A program made the position numbers and the translations under genes. The notes under the pieces are model-generated. The model made no database searches and was not told the origin of the DNA. It worked only from the letters and a program-made list of their open reading frames with translations. DNA of 64,000 nucleotides from assembly GCF_057098645.1 (NCBI RefSeq), contig NZ_CM169472.1. One strand, written 5' to 3'. This document shows positions 1 through 12,843 of the stretch, piece after piece. Positions within the stretch are counted from its first letter, which is position 1. Each line of letters begins with the position of its first letter.

Positions 1-79
1 CCAGCTTTTCAGCCAGGTGTTCTGCTACATATTCGGCACCGCCGAGGGTGCTGCCGCTGATAAGAGTGATATCTGCCAT
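1..79 (-). CDS. mioC: FMN-binding flavodoxin-like protein MioC, N-terminal fragment (gene continues beyond the window start)
   Basis: Reverse complement of 1..79 translates MADITLISGSTLGGAEYVAEHLAEKL, recognised as the MioC N-terminus; asnC lies immediately downstream as expected. Confidence 0.7.
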   Translation of the reverse strand, partial: MADITLISGSTLGGAEYVAEHLAEKL

Positions 80-168
80 AAACCGCCACCTTTATTAAGA
101 GTGGCGTATTGTACGCTGTGAACGCGTTGGGATCTACCTGTGGAAAAGTATGGGATTAAAAAAGCCGA

Positions 169-627
169 TCAGGGCTTGATGGTACGCATGATCGGGTTCT
201 GCAGGACGATCAGTGTCTCGGTGGACTGAATTTCATCAATTGTTTGGATCTTGTTGATAAGTACATGCTGGAGAGCATCGATCGAACGGCACATCACTTT
301 TATAAAGATGCTGTAGTGGCCGGTGGTGTAGTACGCCTCGGTCACTTCATCGAGGCTTTCCAGCTTTGCCAGCGCGGAAGGATAGTCTTTGGCGCTCTTT
401 AATATAATGCCGATAAAGCAGCCTACGTCATAACCGAGCTGCTTCGGGCTGACATCAATACGCGCCCCGGTAATGATCCCCGCCTGCTTCATTTTCTCTA
501 CTCGAACGTGAATCGTCCCCGGACTGACGCCAAATTGTTTCGCCAGTTCGGCGTAAGCGGTGCGCGCATTGCCCATTAATGCTTCCAGGATGCCACGGTC
601 CAGATTGTCGATTAGATAATTTTCCAT
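169..627 (-). CDS. asnC: Lrp/AsnC-family transcriptional regulator AsnC
   Basis: 152-aa ORF, divergent from asnA; protein recognised. Confidence 0.93.
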   Translation of the reverse strand: MENYLIDNLDRGILEALMGNARTAYAELAKQFGVSPGTIHVRVEKMKQAGIITGARIDVSPKQLGYDVGCFIGIILKSAKDYPSALAKLESLDEVTEAYYTTGHYSIFIKVMCRSIDALQHVLINKIQTIDEIQSTETLIVLQNPIMRTIKP

Positions 628-778
628 AGGATTTTCTTATGCAGATTGATGATTCATTCTATTTTAGCCTTCTTTTTTAATGAATCAAAAGTGTGTGAGG
701 CTTTTTATTGAATGATTATTGCATGTGTATCGGTTTTTGTTGCTTAATCATAAGCAACAGGACGCAGGAGTATAAAAA

Positions 779-1771
779 ATGAAAACCGCTTACATTGCCA
801 AACAACGTCAAATTAGCTTCGTGAAATCTCACTTTTCTCGTCAACTGGAAGAACGTCTGGGGCTGATCGAAGTCCAGGCGCCGATTCTTAGCCGTGTGGG
901 GGATGGCACGCAGGATAACTTGTCGGGCTGTGAAAAAGCGGTGCAGGTAAAAGTGAAAGCTCTGCCTGATGCCCAGTTCGAAGTGGTTCATTCACTGGCG
1001 AAGTGGAAACGTCAGACCTTAGGGCAACACGACTTCAGCGCGGGCGAAGGGCTGTACACGCACATGAAAGCCCTTCGCCCCGATGAAGACCGTCTTTCTC
1101 CGTTGCACTCGGTCTATGTAGACCAGTGGGACTGGGAACGCGTAATGGGCGACGGTGAGCGTCAATTCTCGACTCTGAAAAGCACGGTAGAGGCGATCTG
1201 GGCGGGAATTAAAGCAACCGAAGCTGCGGTTAGCGAAGAGTTTGGCCTAGCACCGTTCCTGCCGGATCAGATCCACTTCGTACACAGCCAGGAGTTACTG
1301 TCTCGTTATCCGGATCTCGATGCCAAAGGGCGTGAGCGGGCGATTGCGAAAGATCTTGGCGCGGTATTCCTCGTCGGGATTGGCGGCAAGTTGAGTGATG
1401 GTCATCGTCACGACGTGCGCGCACCGGATTATGATGACTGGAGCACCCCGTCAGAGCTGGGCCATGCGGGCCTGAACGGCGATATTCTGGTGTGGAACCC
1501 GGTACTGGAAGATGCGTTTGAGCTTTCTTCCATGGGGATCCGCGTGGATGCCGACACGCTGAAGCATCAGCTGGCGCTGACCGGTGACGAAGATCGCCTG
1601 GAGCTGGAGTGGCATCAGGCGCTGCTGCGCGGTGAAATGCCGCAGACCATCGGCGGCGGTATCGGCCAGTCTCGTTTGACCATGCTGCTGCTGCAACTGC
1701 CGCATATCGGCCAGGTTCAGTGTGGAGTATGGCCAGCTGCTGTTCGCGAGAGCGTCCCTTCTCTGCTGTAA
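779..1771 (+). CDS. asnA: aspartate--ammonia ligase (asparagine synthetase A)
   Basis: 330-aa ORF, protein recognised; divergent partner of asnC. Confidence 0.95.
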
Positions 1772-1775
1772 TAAT

Positions 1776-3227
1776 TTATCGCCGCCAGCGTCTGAGCAGG
1801 CGGCTTCGCATCCCGGTATCAAAGCGCCAGATATGATCGAAAATGCGCATGATGCCGGGTTTGCCGTGTGCCGACATCGCCACGGCATGAAAGCGATGCT
1901 GATGTACCCGCTGCAGCTCTTTCACTTTACTCGTCACGTCGTCAGGCAACCGCTGGGCGATAAAATCAGAAATCACCACCGCATCGGCATCAAACCATTC
2001 CCTGCTTTGCAAGCGTTCCATAATGGCGCGAAAACAACTGGCAAGATCGGTGCCGCCACGAAACTGCTGGCTTAAAAAACGGATTGCTTGTTCGATGCCT
2101 TGTGGGCCTGAAAGCTCATAACGGACGATCTCGGTGGAAAATAGCATAATATAACAGCGCCGGTTTTCAGCGAGAGCAATGCGCATCAAAGCCAGGCAGA
2201 ACGCTTTCGCACACTGTTCATTAAAGCCGCCCATTGAGCCGGAAGTATCCACGCAGACAATAAACGGTCCGCGCGGCTGTTCGTCGTAATCTTTATGCAC
2301 CACCGGGCGTTCGATCACTTTTTCACGCCACGACTCACCGTGCAGGCGATAGGTGAGCAACTGTTTTTCCACCAGCCGACGGTAAAACTCATACTCCAGT
2401 TCCGTTATCCCTAGTGTCGCCAGTTCTGGCGGCAGAAGACGTAAAATATCATCGCTTTGTTGCAGACCATCAACCTGCTCAGGAACCGTCGCCGGTTCGC
2501 GCACCATGGTGCGGAAGGTTTCCATCTGCGCATCGTTACGCGGTATTGATTTGGCTTCCCGAGAACGCCCCAGCTGCTCTGCCAGGCGTTTCAGTTCCGG
2601 CTGTTCGTTAAGAAATTCACCGTATTTCACAATCAACTGATAGTCGCCACGTTTAAGCTGACTGGCGCTCATATCCCACAGACGACCAGCTGCGGTATTG
2701 TTATCTGCGAGAATCGGTTCAAGTTGTCCGCTCAGCGTCATGCGTTCCTGAACTTCACTCAACAGTTGTTCGCGTTCTTCTTCTAATAGCTGTTGATTTA
2801 ACGTCGTTGCTTGCACGATCAGACTTAAACGCCAGCGCTGGAGAAAAAGCGTGTGTAACGCTGAAGTGATCGTGCTGTTAGTATCAACCAACTGCCGGGC
2901 TTGTTCTGCCCATGGGGAATTCAGACGATGCAGTAAGTCCATGATCTGTGGTAGCTGCACAATAAACTGCGGCGTGGAGAGGAGCTGGCTTTGCTGATAG
3001 CACATCACCTCTTCGGTGAGTTCCGGCGGGACTCGGGCATCTTTCAGCCGACTGCGCAGCGCCTCACGCCAGCGGGGAACATCATCAGTGATTGCCGCCT
3101 TCAGTCGTGGGAATTTTTCAAAGAAGACCGCCAGCTGCGGTGAGGCCAGCAGCGCGATGATCATCTCTTCGATCAATCCCTCTTCGCTGACGGCCAGCAT
3201 CACATTAAGCGTATCCAGCGTTAGCAT
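1776..3227 (-). CDS. viaA: VWA-domain protein ViaA, partner of RavA
   Basis: 483-aa ORF immediately downstream of ravA with a 7-bp overlap. Confidence 0.9.
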   Translation of the reverse strand: MLTLDTLNVMLAVSEEGLIEEMIIALLASPQLAVFFEKFPRLKAAITDDVPRWREALRSRLKDARVPPELTEEVMCYQQSQLLSTPQFIVQLPQIMDLLHRLNSPWAEQARQLVDTNSTITSALHTLFLQRWRLSLIVQATTLNQQLLEEEREQLLSEVQERMTLSGQLEPILADNNTAAGRLWDMSASQLKRGDYQLIVKYGEFLNEQPELKRLAEQLGRSREAKSIPRNDAQMETFRTMVREPATVPEQVDGLQQSDDILRLLPPELATLGITELEYEFYRRLVEKQLLTYRLHGESWREKVIERPVVHKDYDEQPRGPFIVCVDTSGSMGGFNEQCAKAFCLALMRIALAENRRCYIMLFSTEIVRYELSGPQGIEQAIRFLSQQFRGGTDLASCFRAIMERLQSREWFDADAVVISDFIAQRLPDDVTSKVKELQRVHQHRFHAVAMSAHGKPGIMRIFDHIWRFDTGMRSRLLRRWRR

Positions 3228-4717
3228 TGTTGTGCCTGGCGAATCTGTGCGCCGACATCCTGTAGGCTGGCTTCAATGCGACCTAACCAGTCGCCAGGGA
3301 TAAACAGACATCTTTGCTGTTCGCTGAATAAAGCGTGTTGCTTGCGCCAGTCGCTTTCAAGCTCTTCCAGTTGTTGTTTTATTTCACCTGGCAGACCTTC
3401 AGCCGATGAACCGGGAAGTGCCAGCGTACTGCCTTGTAAACTTACATCGCGTACAACAAGATGTTGGGCGCTATCCACTTCCAGATTCAATTTCTGGGCA
3501 AAGCCGATACCGTTCAGTTTGCCGCGAATTTCACCACCTTTACTCAGCCACTGTTCCAGCGCGTTACGCTCAAAGGAGATATGAACCACTTCCATATCAT
3601 GCAATTTTAACGGTTTTTGCAGCAGCAGAGTCAGAGTGGAAGCAGTAACGTTAACAGGAAGTTGATACTGCTGACGACGGCTGAAAATGCCGCCCAGACG
3701 AATTACCGTTAAGGCTGTTTTATCGCTTTGTTGCTGCTGGAGTTGCAGGTGACGTTGCACAATCGCACCAAGGCGAGTCAACATCCCTTGCTGTTGCCAG
3801 GCGTGACCGGTCATCAATACATCAATTTGTTGTTGTATCAAATTCAGGCTTTGCGCGTCATACCACAGGCAATCTTTCAGCAAAATGAGATCTACCGGGG
3901 CAACAGCACTGCGACCGCTAAAAAAGGCGCTGGCCTGCAATAAGCGGATCGCTTTTTTCCAGCGACGATCCGAGACATAAGGCGCATCCGGTAATTTATC
4001 CAGTTGCTGGCGCAGCATAAAAATCAGCTCAAATACATGATCGGGCAGCGTAATTTCACCAATCTCTTTCTGCCAGCGTTCATATTCTTCATCTGTGACC
4101 TGCAAGGCATCAGGAACCGGATTGTCGTTTTCATCCTGTTGACTGGTCAGCATGGAGCGGAAATTCGCTTTATCCTGCACTTTATCTAACCACAGACGAA
4201 TCAGCATGCGGTCATATAACGCTTCCAGACTGCTGTCTGCTTCCGGCAGCTCGTTGGAGGCCGCCACCAGCAGGCGCATCGGGATTTTTTCTACGTGTGC
4301 ACCGTTGCGGAACTGGCGCTCGTTAATGGCGGTGAGCAAGGTATTAAGAATTGCCGGACCCGCTTTCCAGATCTCATCCAGAAAGACAATTTCTGCTTCC
4401 GGCAGGTAACCGCTGGTTAAACGTTCATAGCGCCCTTCATCTTTTAGCGCCTGAATAGAAAGGGGACCAAAAACTTCTTCCGGCGTGGAGAAGCGGGTCA
4501 TCAGATATTCAAACGCGCGGGCATTCTGAAAGGCGAATTTTAAGCGCCGGGCGATCAAACTTTTGGCAATACCTGGCGGGCCAAGGAGGAACACACTTTC
4601 ACCACTTAATGCCGCTAATAAACACAAGCGGATGGCGTGGCTACGTTCATAAAGCCCCTTTTCCAACGAACTGCTCAGGCGGGAAATTCTTTCCGCTAAT
4701 AAATGAGGGTGAGCCAT
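3221..4717 (-). CDS. ravA: MoxR-family AAA+ ATPase RavA
   Basis: Walker A motif GPPGIAKS; start placed at internal Met (MAHPHLL) to give 498 aa, the ORF track starts 8 codons earlier. Confidence 0.9.
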   Translation of the reverse strand: MAHPHLLAERISRLSSSLEKGLYERSHAIRLCLLAALSGESVFLLGPPGIAKSLIARRLKFAFQNARAFEYLMTRFSTPEEVFGPLSIQALKDEGRYERLTSGYLPEAEIVFLDEIWKAGPAILNTLLTAINERQFRNGAHVEKIPMRLLVAASNELPEADSSLEALYDRMLIRLWLDKVQDKANFRSMLTSQQDENDNPVPDALQVTDEEYERWQKEIGEITLPDHVFELIFMLRQQLDKLPDAPYVSDRRWKKAIRLLQASAFFSGRSAVAPVDLILLKDCLWYDAQSLNLIQQQIDVLMTGHAWQQQGMLTRLGAIVQRHLQLQQQQSDKTALTVIRLGGIFSRRQQYQLPVNVTASTLTLLLQKPLKLHDMEVVHISFERNALEQWLSKGGEIRGKLNGIGFAQKLNLEVDSAQHLVVRDVSLQGSTLALPGSSAEGLPGEIKQQLEELESDWRKQHALFSEQQRCLFIPGDWLGRIEASLQDVGAQIRQAQQC

Positions 4718-4939
4718 AATGAAGTGGCGTCCTTTCGTCAAAAGTTCTGCGTAAATTGCGAGTATAGACGTTTCTTGCTGGTGGCTAAAATAGTCTCAAA
4801 GGGGGGGTATTTTTCTTTGAGCCAGGTTAATGTGGCCGCATTTAGGAGTACGATTTTGCCGTTAATCGTGCATACTGTGCGCTTTTTTGTGGGCCAAGGG
4901 ACTAAGCACACATTTCATATTTCAACGAAAGACTAGTCT

Positions 4940-6808
4940 ATGAGCACTGATAATAAGCAATCATTGCCCGCGATTACCCTCGCGGCGATTGGAGTTGTCT
5001 ACGGCGATATTGGTACCAGCCCGTTATATACACTTCGTGAATGTTTGTCCGGCCAGTTTGGTTTTGGCGTTGAACGCGATGCCGTGTTTGGCTTTTTATC
5101 GCTGATCTTCTGGCTGCTAATCTTTGTGGTTTCCATTAAATATCTCACCTTCGTGATGCGGGCAGATAACGCTGGTGAAGGGGGGATCCTGACGTTGATG
5201 TCGCTTGCCGGGCGTAATACGTCGGCGCGAACCACATCAATGCTGGTGATTATGGGGCTAATCGGCGGCAGCTTTTTCTATGGTGAAGTCGTCATTACCC
5301 CCGCAATTTCGGTGATGTCAGCCATTGAAGGTCTGGAAATCGTCGCCCCGCAGCTGGATACCTGGATAGTTCCCCTCTCAATTATCGTTCTCACTTTATT
5401 ATTTATGATTCAAAAACATGGCACGGCTATGGTTGGTAAGCTGTTTGCGCCGATCATGCTGACCTGGTTTTTGATTCTGGCAGGACTGGGGTTACGTAGC
5501 ATTATTGCTAACCCGGAAGTGCTGCATGCGCTGAATCCGATGTGGGCGGTGCATTTCTTCCTTGAATACAAAACGGTTTCTTTTATTGCATTAGGGGCAG
5601 TGGTGCTGTCGATTACGGGGGTCGAGGCGCTGTATGCTGATATGGGACACTTTGGTAAGTTCCCTATTCGTCTGGCGTGGTTCACTGTCGTATTACCTTC
5701 CTTAACTCTTAATTACTTCGGCCAGGGAGCGCTGTTGTTAAAGAACCCGGAAGCGATTAAGAACCCGTTCTTCCTGTTGGCACCGGACTGGGCGCTGATC
5801 CCACTGCTGATCATCGCCGCACTGGCGACGGTAATTGCCTCGCAGGCGGTTATTTCTGGCGTCTTCTCATTGACGCGTCAGGCGGTACGTCTGGGGTATT
5901 TGTCGCCGATGCGCATTATTCACACCTCCGAAATGGAGTCAGGGCAAATCTATATTCCGTTTGTGAACTGGATGCTCTATGTCGCGGTCGTGATTGTGAT
6001 TGTCAGCTTTGAGCACTCCAGCAACCTGGCGGCGGCGTACGGGATTGCGGTGACCGGAACCATGGTGCTGACGTCTATTCTCTCGACTACCGTGGCACGT
6101 CAGAACTGGCACTGGAATAAGTATTTTGTTGCGCTGATCCTGATTGCTTTCCTTTGTGTCGATATTCCATTGTTCACCGCTAACCTCGATAAACTGCTCT
6201 CCGGCGGCTGGTTGCCATTGAGCCTCGGTACTGTGATGTTTATCGTGATGACCACCTGGAAGAGCGAGCGTTTCCGCTTGCTGCGGCGGATGCATGAACA
6301 TGGTAACTCTCTGGAAGCGATGATTGCTTCGCTGGAGAAATCACCGCCTGTTCGCGTGCCCGGGACCGCGGTGTATATGTCGCGTGCAATCAACGTCATT
6401 CCCTTTGCGCTGATGCATAACCTTAAACATAACAAGGTATTGCATGAGCGGGTGATTCTGTTAACTCTGCGCACCGAAGACGCGCCATATGTCCATAACG
6501 TCCGTCGGGTACAGATTGAACAACTGTCGCCCACTTTCTGGCGCGTGGTGGCAAGTTATGGTTGGCGAGAAACGCCAAACGTGGAAGAAGTTTTCCACCG
6601 CTGCGGTCTGGAAGGATTAAGTTGCCGGATGATGGAAACCTCCTTCTTTATGTCGCATGAGTCGTTGATCCTCGGCAAACGCCCGTGGTATTTGCGTCTG
6701 CGCGGCAAGCTGTACTTGCTGCTGCAACGTAATGCGCTGCGGGCACCGGATCAATTTGAAATCCCGCCAAACAGGGTTATCGAACTGGGTACTCAGGTCG
6801 AAATCTAA
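4940..6808 (+). CDS. kup: KUP-family potassium uptake transporter
   Basis: 622-aa highly hydrophobic ORF, protein recognised. Confidence 0.95.
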
Positions 6809-6810
6809 CG

Positions 6811-6850
6811 CCAGACGCCTCCTTTCTCCATAAGGGGGCGTTTTTGTTTT
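6811..6850 (+). terminator. putative intrinsic terminator after kup
   Basis: GC-rich imperfect inverted repeat (acgcctcc ... gggggcgt) followed by tttttgtttt, directly after the kup stop. Confidence 0.5.
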
Positions 6851-6945
6851 CATGGTTAATCACCATGTAAAACGTTTCGAGGTTGATCACATTTCCGTAA
6901 CGTCACGATGGTTTTCCCAACTCAGTCAGGATTAAACTGCGGGTC

Positions 6946-6961
6946 AGCGAAACGTTTCGCT
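6946..6961. promoter_or_regulatory. perfect palindrome AGCGAAACGTTTCGCT, candidate RbsR (LacI-family) operator
   Basis: 16-bp perfect palindrome 14 bp upstream of the rbsD start; matches my recollection of the rbs operator. Confidence 0.7.
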
Positions 6962-6974
6962 GATGGAGAAAAAA

Positions 6975-7394
6975 ATGAAAAAAGGCACCGTTCTTAATTC
7001 TGATATTTCATCGGTGATCTCCCGTCTGGGACATACCGATACGCTGGTGGTGTGTGATGCTGGTTTACCCATCCCCAAAAGTACAACGCGTATCGATATG
7101 GCATTAACCCAGGGTGTACCTTCTTTTATGCAGGTGCTGGGCGTCGTCACAAATGAAATGCAGGTCGAGGCTGCCATTATCGCGGAAGAGATCAAACAAC
7201 ATAATCCGCAACTCCACGAAACGTTGCTCACTCACCTTGAGCAGCTGCAAAAACACCAGGGAAATACCATTGAAATTCGTTACACCACGCATGAACAATT
7301 CAAACAACAAACCGCAGAAAGTCAGGCGGTAATTCGCAGCGGAGAATGTTCTCCGTATGCGAATATCATTCTCTGTGCTGGCGTGACGTTCTGA
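6975..7394 (+). CDS. rbsD: D-ribose pyranase
   Basis: Start at MKKGTVLNS (139 aa); the ORF track starts 4 codons upstream. Confidence 0.9.
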
Positions 7395-7401
7395 GGCCGT
7401 C

Positions 7402-8907
7402 ATGGAAGCATTACTTCAGCTTAAAGGCATCGATAAAGCCTTCCCGGGCGTAAAAGCCCTCTCGGGCGCTGCGTTAAATGTCTATCCGGGCCGCGTGATG
7501 GCGCTGGTGGGCGAAAACGGCGCGGGTAAATCCACCATGATGAAAGTGCTTACTGGTATCTATACTCGCGATGCCGGCACGCTTTTATGGCTGGGGAAAG
7601 AAACGACATTTACCGGGCCGAAATCTTCCCAGGAAGCCGGGATTGGGATTATCCATCAGGAACTGAACCTGATCCCGCAGTTAACCATTGCCGAAAACAT
7701 TTTCCTCGGTCGTGAGTTTGTTAATCGCTTTGGCAAAATTGACTGGAAAACCATGTATGCCGAAGCGGATAAATTGCTGGCTAAACTTAACCTGCGCTTT
7801 AAAAGCGACAAGCTGGTGGGCGATCTTTCCATCGGTGACCAGCAAATGGTTGAAATCGCCAAAGTGCTGAGCTTTGAGTCGAAAGTCATCATTATGGATG
7901 AACCGACCGATGCGCTGACCGATACCGAAACCGAATCCCTGTTCCGCGTCATCCGCGAGCTGAAATCGCAAGGCCGCGGTATTGTCTATATCTCCCACCG
8001 CATGAAAGAAATCTTCGAGATTTGCGATGACGTTACCGTTTTTCGTGATGGGCAATTTATTGCTGAGCGCGAAGTGGCATCACTGACCGAAGATTCGCTG
8101 ATTGAGATGATGGTGGGTCGCAAGCTGGAAGATCAATATCCGCACCTGGACAAAGCGCCGGGAGATATCCGCCTGAAAGTCGATAATCTCTGCGGACCTG
8201 GCGTTAACGATGTCTCTTTTACTTTACGCAAAGGCGAAATTCTTGGCGTCTCTGGTTTGATGGGCGCAGGTCGTACCGAACTGATGAAAGTACTCTACGG
8301 CGCACTACCGCGCACCAGCGGTTACGTCACCCTGGATGGGCATGAAGTCGTTACCCGTTCACCGCAGGATGGCCTGGCAAACGGCATTGTGTATATCTCC
8401 GAAGACCGTAAACGTGACGGTTTAGTGCTGGGCATGTCCGTAAAAGAGAATATGTCGCTGACCGCGCTGCGCTACTTCAGCCGCGCTGGCGGCAGTTTGA
8501 AGCATGCCGATGAACAGCAGGCAGTGAGTGATTTTATTCGCCTGTTCAATGTGAAAACGCCGTCGATGGAACAGGCAATTGGTCTGCTTTCCGGTGGCAA
8601 TCAGCAAAAAGTGGCGATTGCCCGCGGTCTGATGACACGGCCCAAAGTATTGATCCTTGATGAGCCTACCCGTGGCGTAGATGTCGGCGCGAAAAAAGAG
8701 ATCTATCAACTGATTAACCAGTTCAAAGCCGATGGCTTGAGCATCATTCTGGTGTCATCGGAGATGCCAGAAGTATTAGGCATGAGCGATCGCATCATCG
8801 TCATGCATGAAGGGCATCTCAGCGGGGAATTTACTCGTGAGCAGGCCACCCAGGAAGTGTTAATGGCTGCCGCTGTGGGCAAGCTTAATCGCGTGAATCA
8901 GGAGTAA
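7402..8907 (+). CDS. rbsA: ribose ABC transporter ATP-binding protein (two nucleotide-binding domains)
   Basis: 501 aa, Walker [10 protein letters not shown], two ABC signature regions. Confidence 0.95.
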
Positions 8908-8911
8908 AAAA

Positions 8912-9877
8912 ATGACAACCCAGACTGTCTCTGGTCGCCGTTATTTCACGAAAGCGTGGCTGATGGAGCAGAAATCGCTTATCGCTCTGCTGGTGCTGAT
9001 CGCGATTGTCTCGACGTTAAGCCCGAACTTTTTCACCATCAATAACTTATTCAATATTCTCCAGCAAACCTCAGTGAACGCCATTATGGCGGTCGGGATG
9101 ACGCTGGTGATCCTGACGTCGGGCATCGACTTGTCGGTAGGTTCTCTGTTGGCGCTAACCGGCGCAGTTGCTGCATCTATCGTCGGCATTGAAGTCAATG
9201 CGCTGGTGGCTGTCGCTGCCGCTCTCGCGTTAGGTGCCGCAATTGGTGCGGTAACCGGAGTGATTGTAGCGAAGGGTCGCGTCCAGGCGTTTATCGCTAC
9301 GCTGGTTATGATGCTTTTACTGCGCGGCGTGACCATGGTTTATACCAACGGTAGCCCAGTGAATACCGGCTTTACTGAGAACGCCGATCTGTTTGGCTGG
9401 TTTGGTATTGGTCGTCCGCTGGGCGTACCGACGCCAGTCTGGATCATGGGGATTGTCTTCCTCGCGGCCTGGTACATGCTGCATCACACGCGTCTGGGGC
9501 GTTACATCTACGCGCTGGGCGGCAACGAAGCGGCAACGCGTCTTTCTGGTATCAACGTCAATAAAATCAAAATCATCGTCTATTCTCTTTGTGGTCTGCT
9601 GGCATCGCTGGCCGGGATCATTGAAGTGGCGCGTCTCTCCTCCGCACAACCCACGGCGGGGACTGGCTATGAGCTGGATGCTATTGCTGCGGTGGTTCTG
9701 GGCGGTACGAGTCTGGCGGGCGGAAAAGGTCGCATTGTTGGGACGTTGATCGGCGCATTAATTCTTGGCTTCCTTAATAATGGATTGAATTTGTTAGGTG
9801 TTTCCTCCTATTACCAGATGATCGTCAAAGCGGTGGTGATTTTGCTGGCGGTGCTGGTAGACAACAAAAAGCAGTAA
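8912..9877 (+). CDS. rbsC: ribose ABC transporter permease
   Basis: 321-aa hydrophobic ORF in operon position. Confidence 0.95.
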   Translation: MTTQTVSGRRYFTKAWLMEQKSLIALLVLIAIVSTLSPNFFTINNLFNILQQTSVNAIMAVGMTLVILTSGIDLSVGSLLALTGAVAASIVGIEVNALVAVAAALALGAAIGAVTGVIVAKGRVQAFIATLVMMLLLRGVTMVYTNGSPVNTGFTENADLFGWFGIGRPLGVPTPVWIMGIVFLAAWYMLHHTRLGRYIYALGGNEAATRLSGINVNKIKIIVYSLCGLLASLAGIIEVARLSSAQPTAGTGYELDAIAAVVLGGTSLAGGKGRIVGTLIGALILGFLNNGLNLLGVSSYYQMIVKAVVILLAVLVDNKKQ

Positions 9878-9901
9878 TAACGACTACAGGACATCTTGAA
9901 T

Positions 9902-10792
9902 ATGAACATGAAAAAACTGGCTACCCTGGTTTCCGCTGTTGCGCTAAGCGCCACCGTCAGTGCGAATACGATGGCAAAAGACACCATCGCGCTGGTGGTC
10001 TCCATGCTTAACAACCCGTTCTTTGTATCGCTGAAAGATGGCGCGCAGAAAGAGGCGGATAAACTTGGCTATAACCTGGTGGTGCTGGACTCCCAGAACA
10101 ACCCGGCGAAAGAGCTGGCGAACGTGCAGGACTTAACCGTTCGCGGCACAAAAATTCTGCTGATTAACCCGACCGACTCCGACGCAGTGGGTAATGCTGT
10201 GAAGATGGCTAACCAGGCGAACATCCCGGTTATCACTCTTGACCGCCAGGCAACGAAAGGTGAAGTGGTGAGCCACATTGCATCTGATAACGTACTGGGC
10301 GGCAAAATCGCCGGTGATTACATCGCGAAGAAAGCGGGTGAAGGTGCCAAAGTTATCGAGCTGCAAGGCATTGCTGGTACATCCGCAGCCCGTGAACGTG
10401 GCGAAGGCTTCCAGCAGGCCGTTGCTGCTCACAAGTTTAATGTTCTTGCCAGCCAGCCAGCAGATTTTGATCGCACCAAAGGTTTGAACGTAATGCAGAA
10501 CCTGTTGACCGCTCATCCGGATGTTCAGGCTGTATTCGCGCAGAATGATGAAATGGCGCTGGGCGCGCTGCGCGCACTGCAAACTGCCGGTAAATCGGAT
10601 GTGATGGTCGTCGGATTTGACGGTACACCGGATGGCGAAAAAGCGGTTAATGATGGCAAACTAGCAGCGACTATCGCTCAGCTACCCGATCAGATTGGCG
10701 CGAAAGGCGTTGAAACCGCAGATAAAGTGCTGAAAGGCGAGAAAGTTCAGGCTAAGTATCCGGTTGATCTAAAACTGGTTGTTAAGCAGTAG
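9902..10792 (+). CDS. rbsB: periplasmic ribose-binding protein
   Basis: Start [17 protein letters not shown] (signal peptide), 296 aa. Confidence 0.93.
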   Translation: MNMKKLATLVSAVALSATVSANTMAKDTIALVVSMLNNPFFVSLKDGAQKEADKLGYNLVVLDSQNNPAKELANVQDLTVRGTKILLINPTDSDAVGNAVKMANQANIPVITLDRQATKGEVVSHIASDNVLGGKIAGDYIAKKAGEGAKVIELQGIAGTSAARERGEGFQQAVAAHKFNVLASQPADFDRTKGLNVMQNLLTAHPDVQAVFAQNDEMALGALRALQTAGKSDVMVVGFDGTPDGEKAVNDGKLAATIAQLPDQIGAKGVETADKVLKGEKVQAKYPVDLKLVVKQ

Positions 10793-10917
10793 TTTTAATC
10801 AGGTTGTATGACCTGATGGTGACATAAATACGTCATCGACAGATGAACGTGTAATATAAAGAAAAGCAGGGCACGCGCCACCCTAACCCGGTGGCGCATT
10901 TTATGGACATCCCGAAT

Positions 10918-11847
10918 ATGCAAAACGCAGGCAGCCTCGTTGTTCTTGGCAGCATTAATGCTGACCATATCCTTAATCTTCACTCTTTTCCTACTCCAGG
11001 CGAAACCGTAACCGGTAACCACTATCAAGTTGCATTTGGCGGCAAAGGCGCAAATCAGGCTGTGGCTGCTGGGCGTAGCGGTGCGAATATCGCGTTTATT
11101 GCCTGCACTGGCGATGACAGTATTGGCGAGAGTGTTCGCCAGCAGCTCGCCACTGATAACATCGATATTACTCCGGTCAGCGTGATCAAAGGCGAATCAA
11201 CAGGTGTGGCGCTGATTTTTGTTAATGGCGAAGGTGAGAATGTCATTGGTATTCATGCCGGCGCTAATGCTGCCCTTTCCCCGGTGCTGGTGGAAGCGCA
11301 ACGTGAGCGTATTGCCAACGCGTCAGCATTATTAATGCAGCTGGAATCACCACTCGAAAGTGTGATGGCAGCGGCGAAAATCGCCCATCAAAATAAGACT
11401 ATCGTTGCGCTTAACCCGGCTCCGGCTCGCGAACTTCCTGACGAACTGCTGGCGCTGGTGGACATTATTACGCCAAACGAAACGGAAGCAGAAAAGCTCA
11501 CCGGTATTCGTGTTGAAAATGATGAAGATGCAGCGAAGGCGGCGCAGGTACTGCATGAAAAAGGTATCCGTACTGTACTGATTACTTTAGGAAGTCGTGG
11601 TGTATGGGCTAGCGTGAATGGCGAAGGTCAGCGTGTTCCTGGATTCCGGGTGCAGGCTGTCGATACCATTGCAGCCGGAGATACCTTTAACGGCGCGTTA
11701 ATCACGGCGTTGCTGGAAGAAAAACCGTTGCCAGAGGCTATTCGTTTTGCTCATGCCGCCGCTGCGATTGCCGTAACGCGTAAAGGCGCACAACCTTCCG
11801 TACCGTGGCGTGAAGAGATCGACGCATTTTTAGACAGGCAGAGGTGA
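10918..11847 (+). CDS. rbsK: ribokinase
   Basis: Start at MQNAGSLVVLGS, 309 aa, PfkB-family motifs. Confidence 0.93.
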   Translation: MQNAGSLVVLGSINADHILNLHSFPTPGETVTGNHYQVAFGGKGANQAVAAGRSGANIAFIACTGDDSIGESVRQQLATDNIDITPVSVIKGESTGVALIFVNGEGENVIGIHAGANAALSPVLVEAQRERIANASALLMQLESPLESVMAAAKIAHQNKTIVALNPAPARELPDELLALVDIITPNETEAEKLTGIRVENDEDAAKAAQVLHEKGIRTVLITLGSRGVWASVNGEGQRVPGFRVQAVDTIAAGDTFNGALITALLEEKPLPEAIRFAHAAAAIAVTRKGAQPSVPWREEIDAFLDRQR

Positions 11848-11850
11848 CGC

Positions 11851-12843
11851 TTGGCTACAATGAAAGATGTTGCCCGCCTGGCGGGCGTTTCTACCTCAAC
11901 AGTTTCTCACGTTATCAATAAAGATCGCTTCGTCAGTGAAGCGATTACCGCCAAAGTTGAAGCGGCGATTAAAGAACTCAATTACGCGCCATCAGCTCTG
12001 GCGCGTAGCCTCAAACTCAATCAAACACATACCATTGGCATGTTGATCACTGCCAGTACTAATCCTTTCTATTCAGAACTGGTGCGCGGCGTTGAACGCA
12101 GCTGCTTCGAACGCGGTTATAGTCTTGTCCTTTGCAATACCGAAGGCGATGAACAGCGGATGAATCGCAATCTGGAAACGCTGATGCAAAAACGCGTTGA
12201 TGGCTTGCTGTTACTGTGCACCGAAACGCATCAGCCTTCGCGTGAAATCATGCAGCGTTATCCGACAGTGCCTACCGTGATGATGGACTGGGCTCCGTTC
12301 GATGGCGACAGCGATCTTATTCAGGATAACTCGTTGCTGGGCGGAGACTTAGCAACGCAATATCTGATCGATAAAGGTCATACCCGTATCGCCTGTATTA
12401 CCGGTCCGCTGGATAAAACTCCGGCGCGCCTGCGGTTGGAAGGTTATCGGGCGGCGATGAAACGTGCGGGTCTCAACATTCCTGATGGCTATGAAGTCAC
12501 TGGTGATTTTGAATTTAACGGCGGGTTTGACGCCATGCGCCAACTGTTATCACATCCGCTGCGTCCTCAGGCCGTCTTTACCGGAAATGACGCTATGGCT
12601 GTTGGCGTTTACCAGGCGTTATATCAGGCAGAGTTACAGGTTCCGCAGGATATCGCGGTGATTGGCTATGACGATATCGAACTGGCAAGCTTTATGACGC
12701 CACCATTAACCACTATCCATCAACCGAAAGATGAACTGGGGGAGCTGGCGATTGATGTACTTATCCATCGGATAACCCAGCCGACCCTTCAGCAACAACG
12801 ATTACAACTTACTCCGATTCTTATGGAACGCGGTTCGGCTTAG
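11851..12843 (+). CDS. rbsR: LacI-family ribose operon repressor
   Basis: 330 aa, N-terminal helix-turn-helix [23 protein letters not shown]. Confidence 0.95.

Noticed and set aside
4703-4936. 77-aa ORF in the ravA-kup intergenic region
   Set aside because: No ribosome-binding site, it overlaps the ravA start and the kup promoter region, and its composition is typical of a spurious frame.
6963-7394. Extended rbsD start at 6963 (MEKKMKKG)
   Set aside because: The upstream ATG overlaps the palindromic operator and lacks a spaced Shine-Dalgarno; the 139-aa start at 6975 is preferred.
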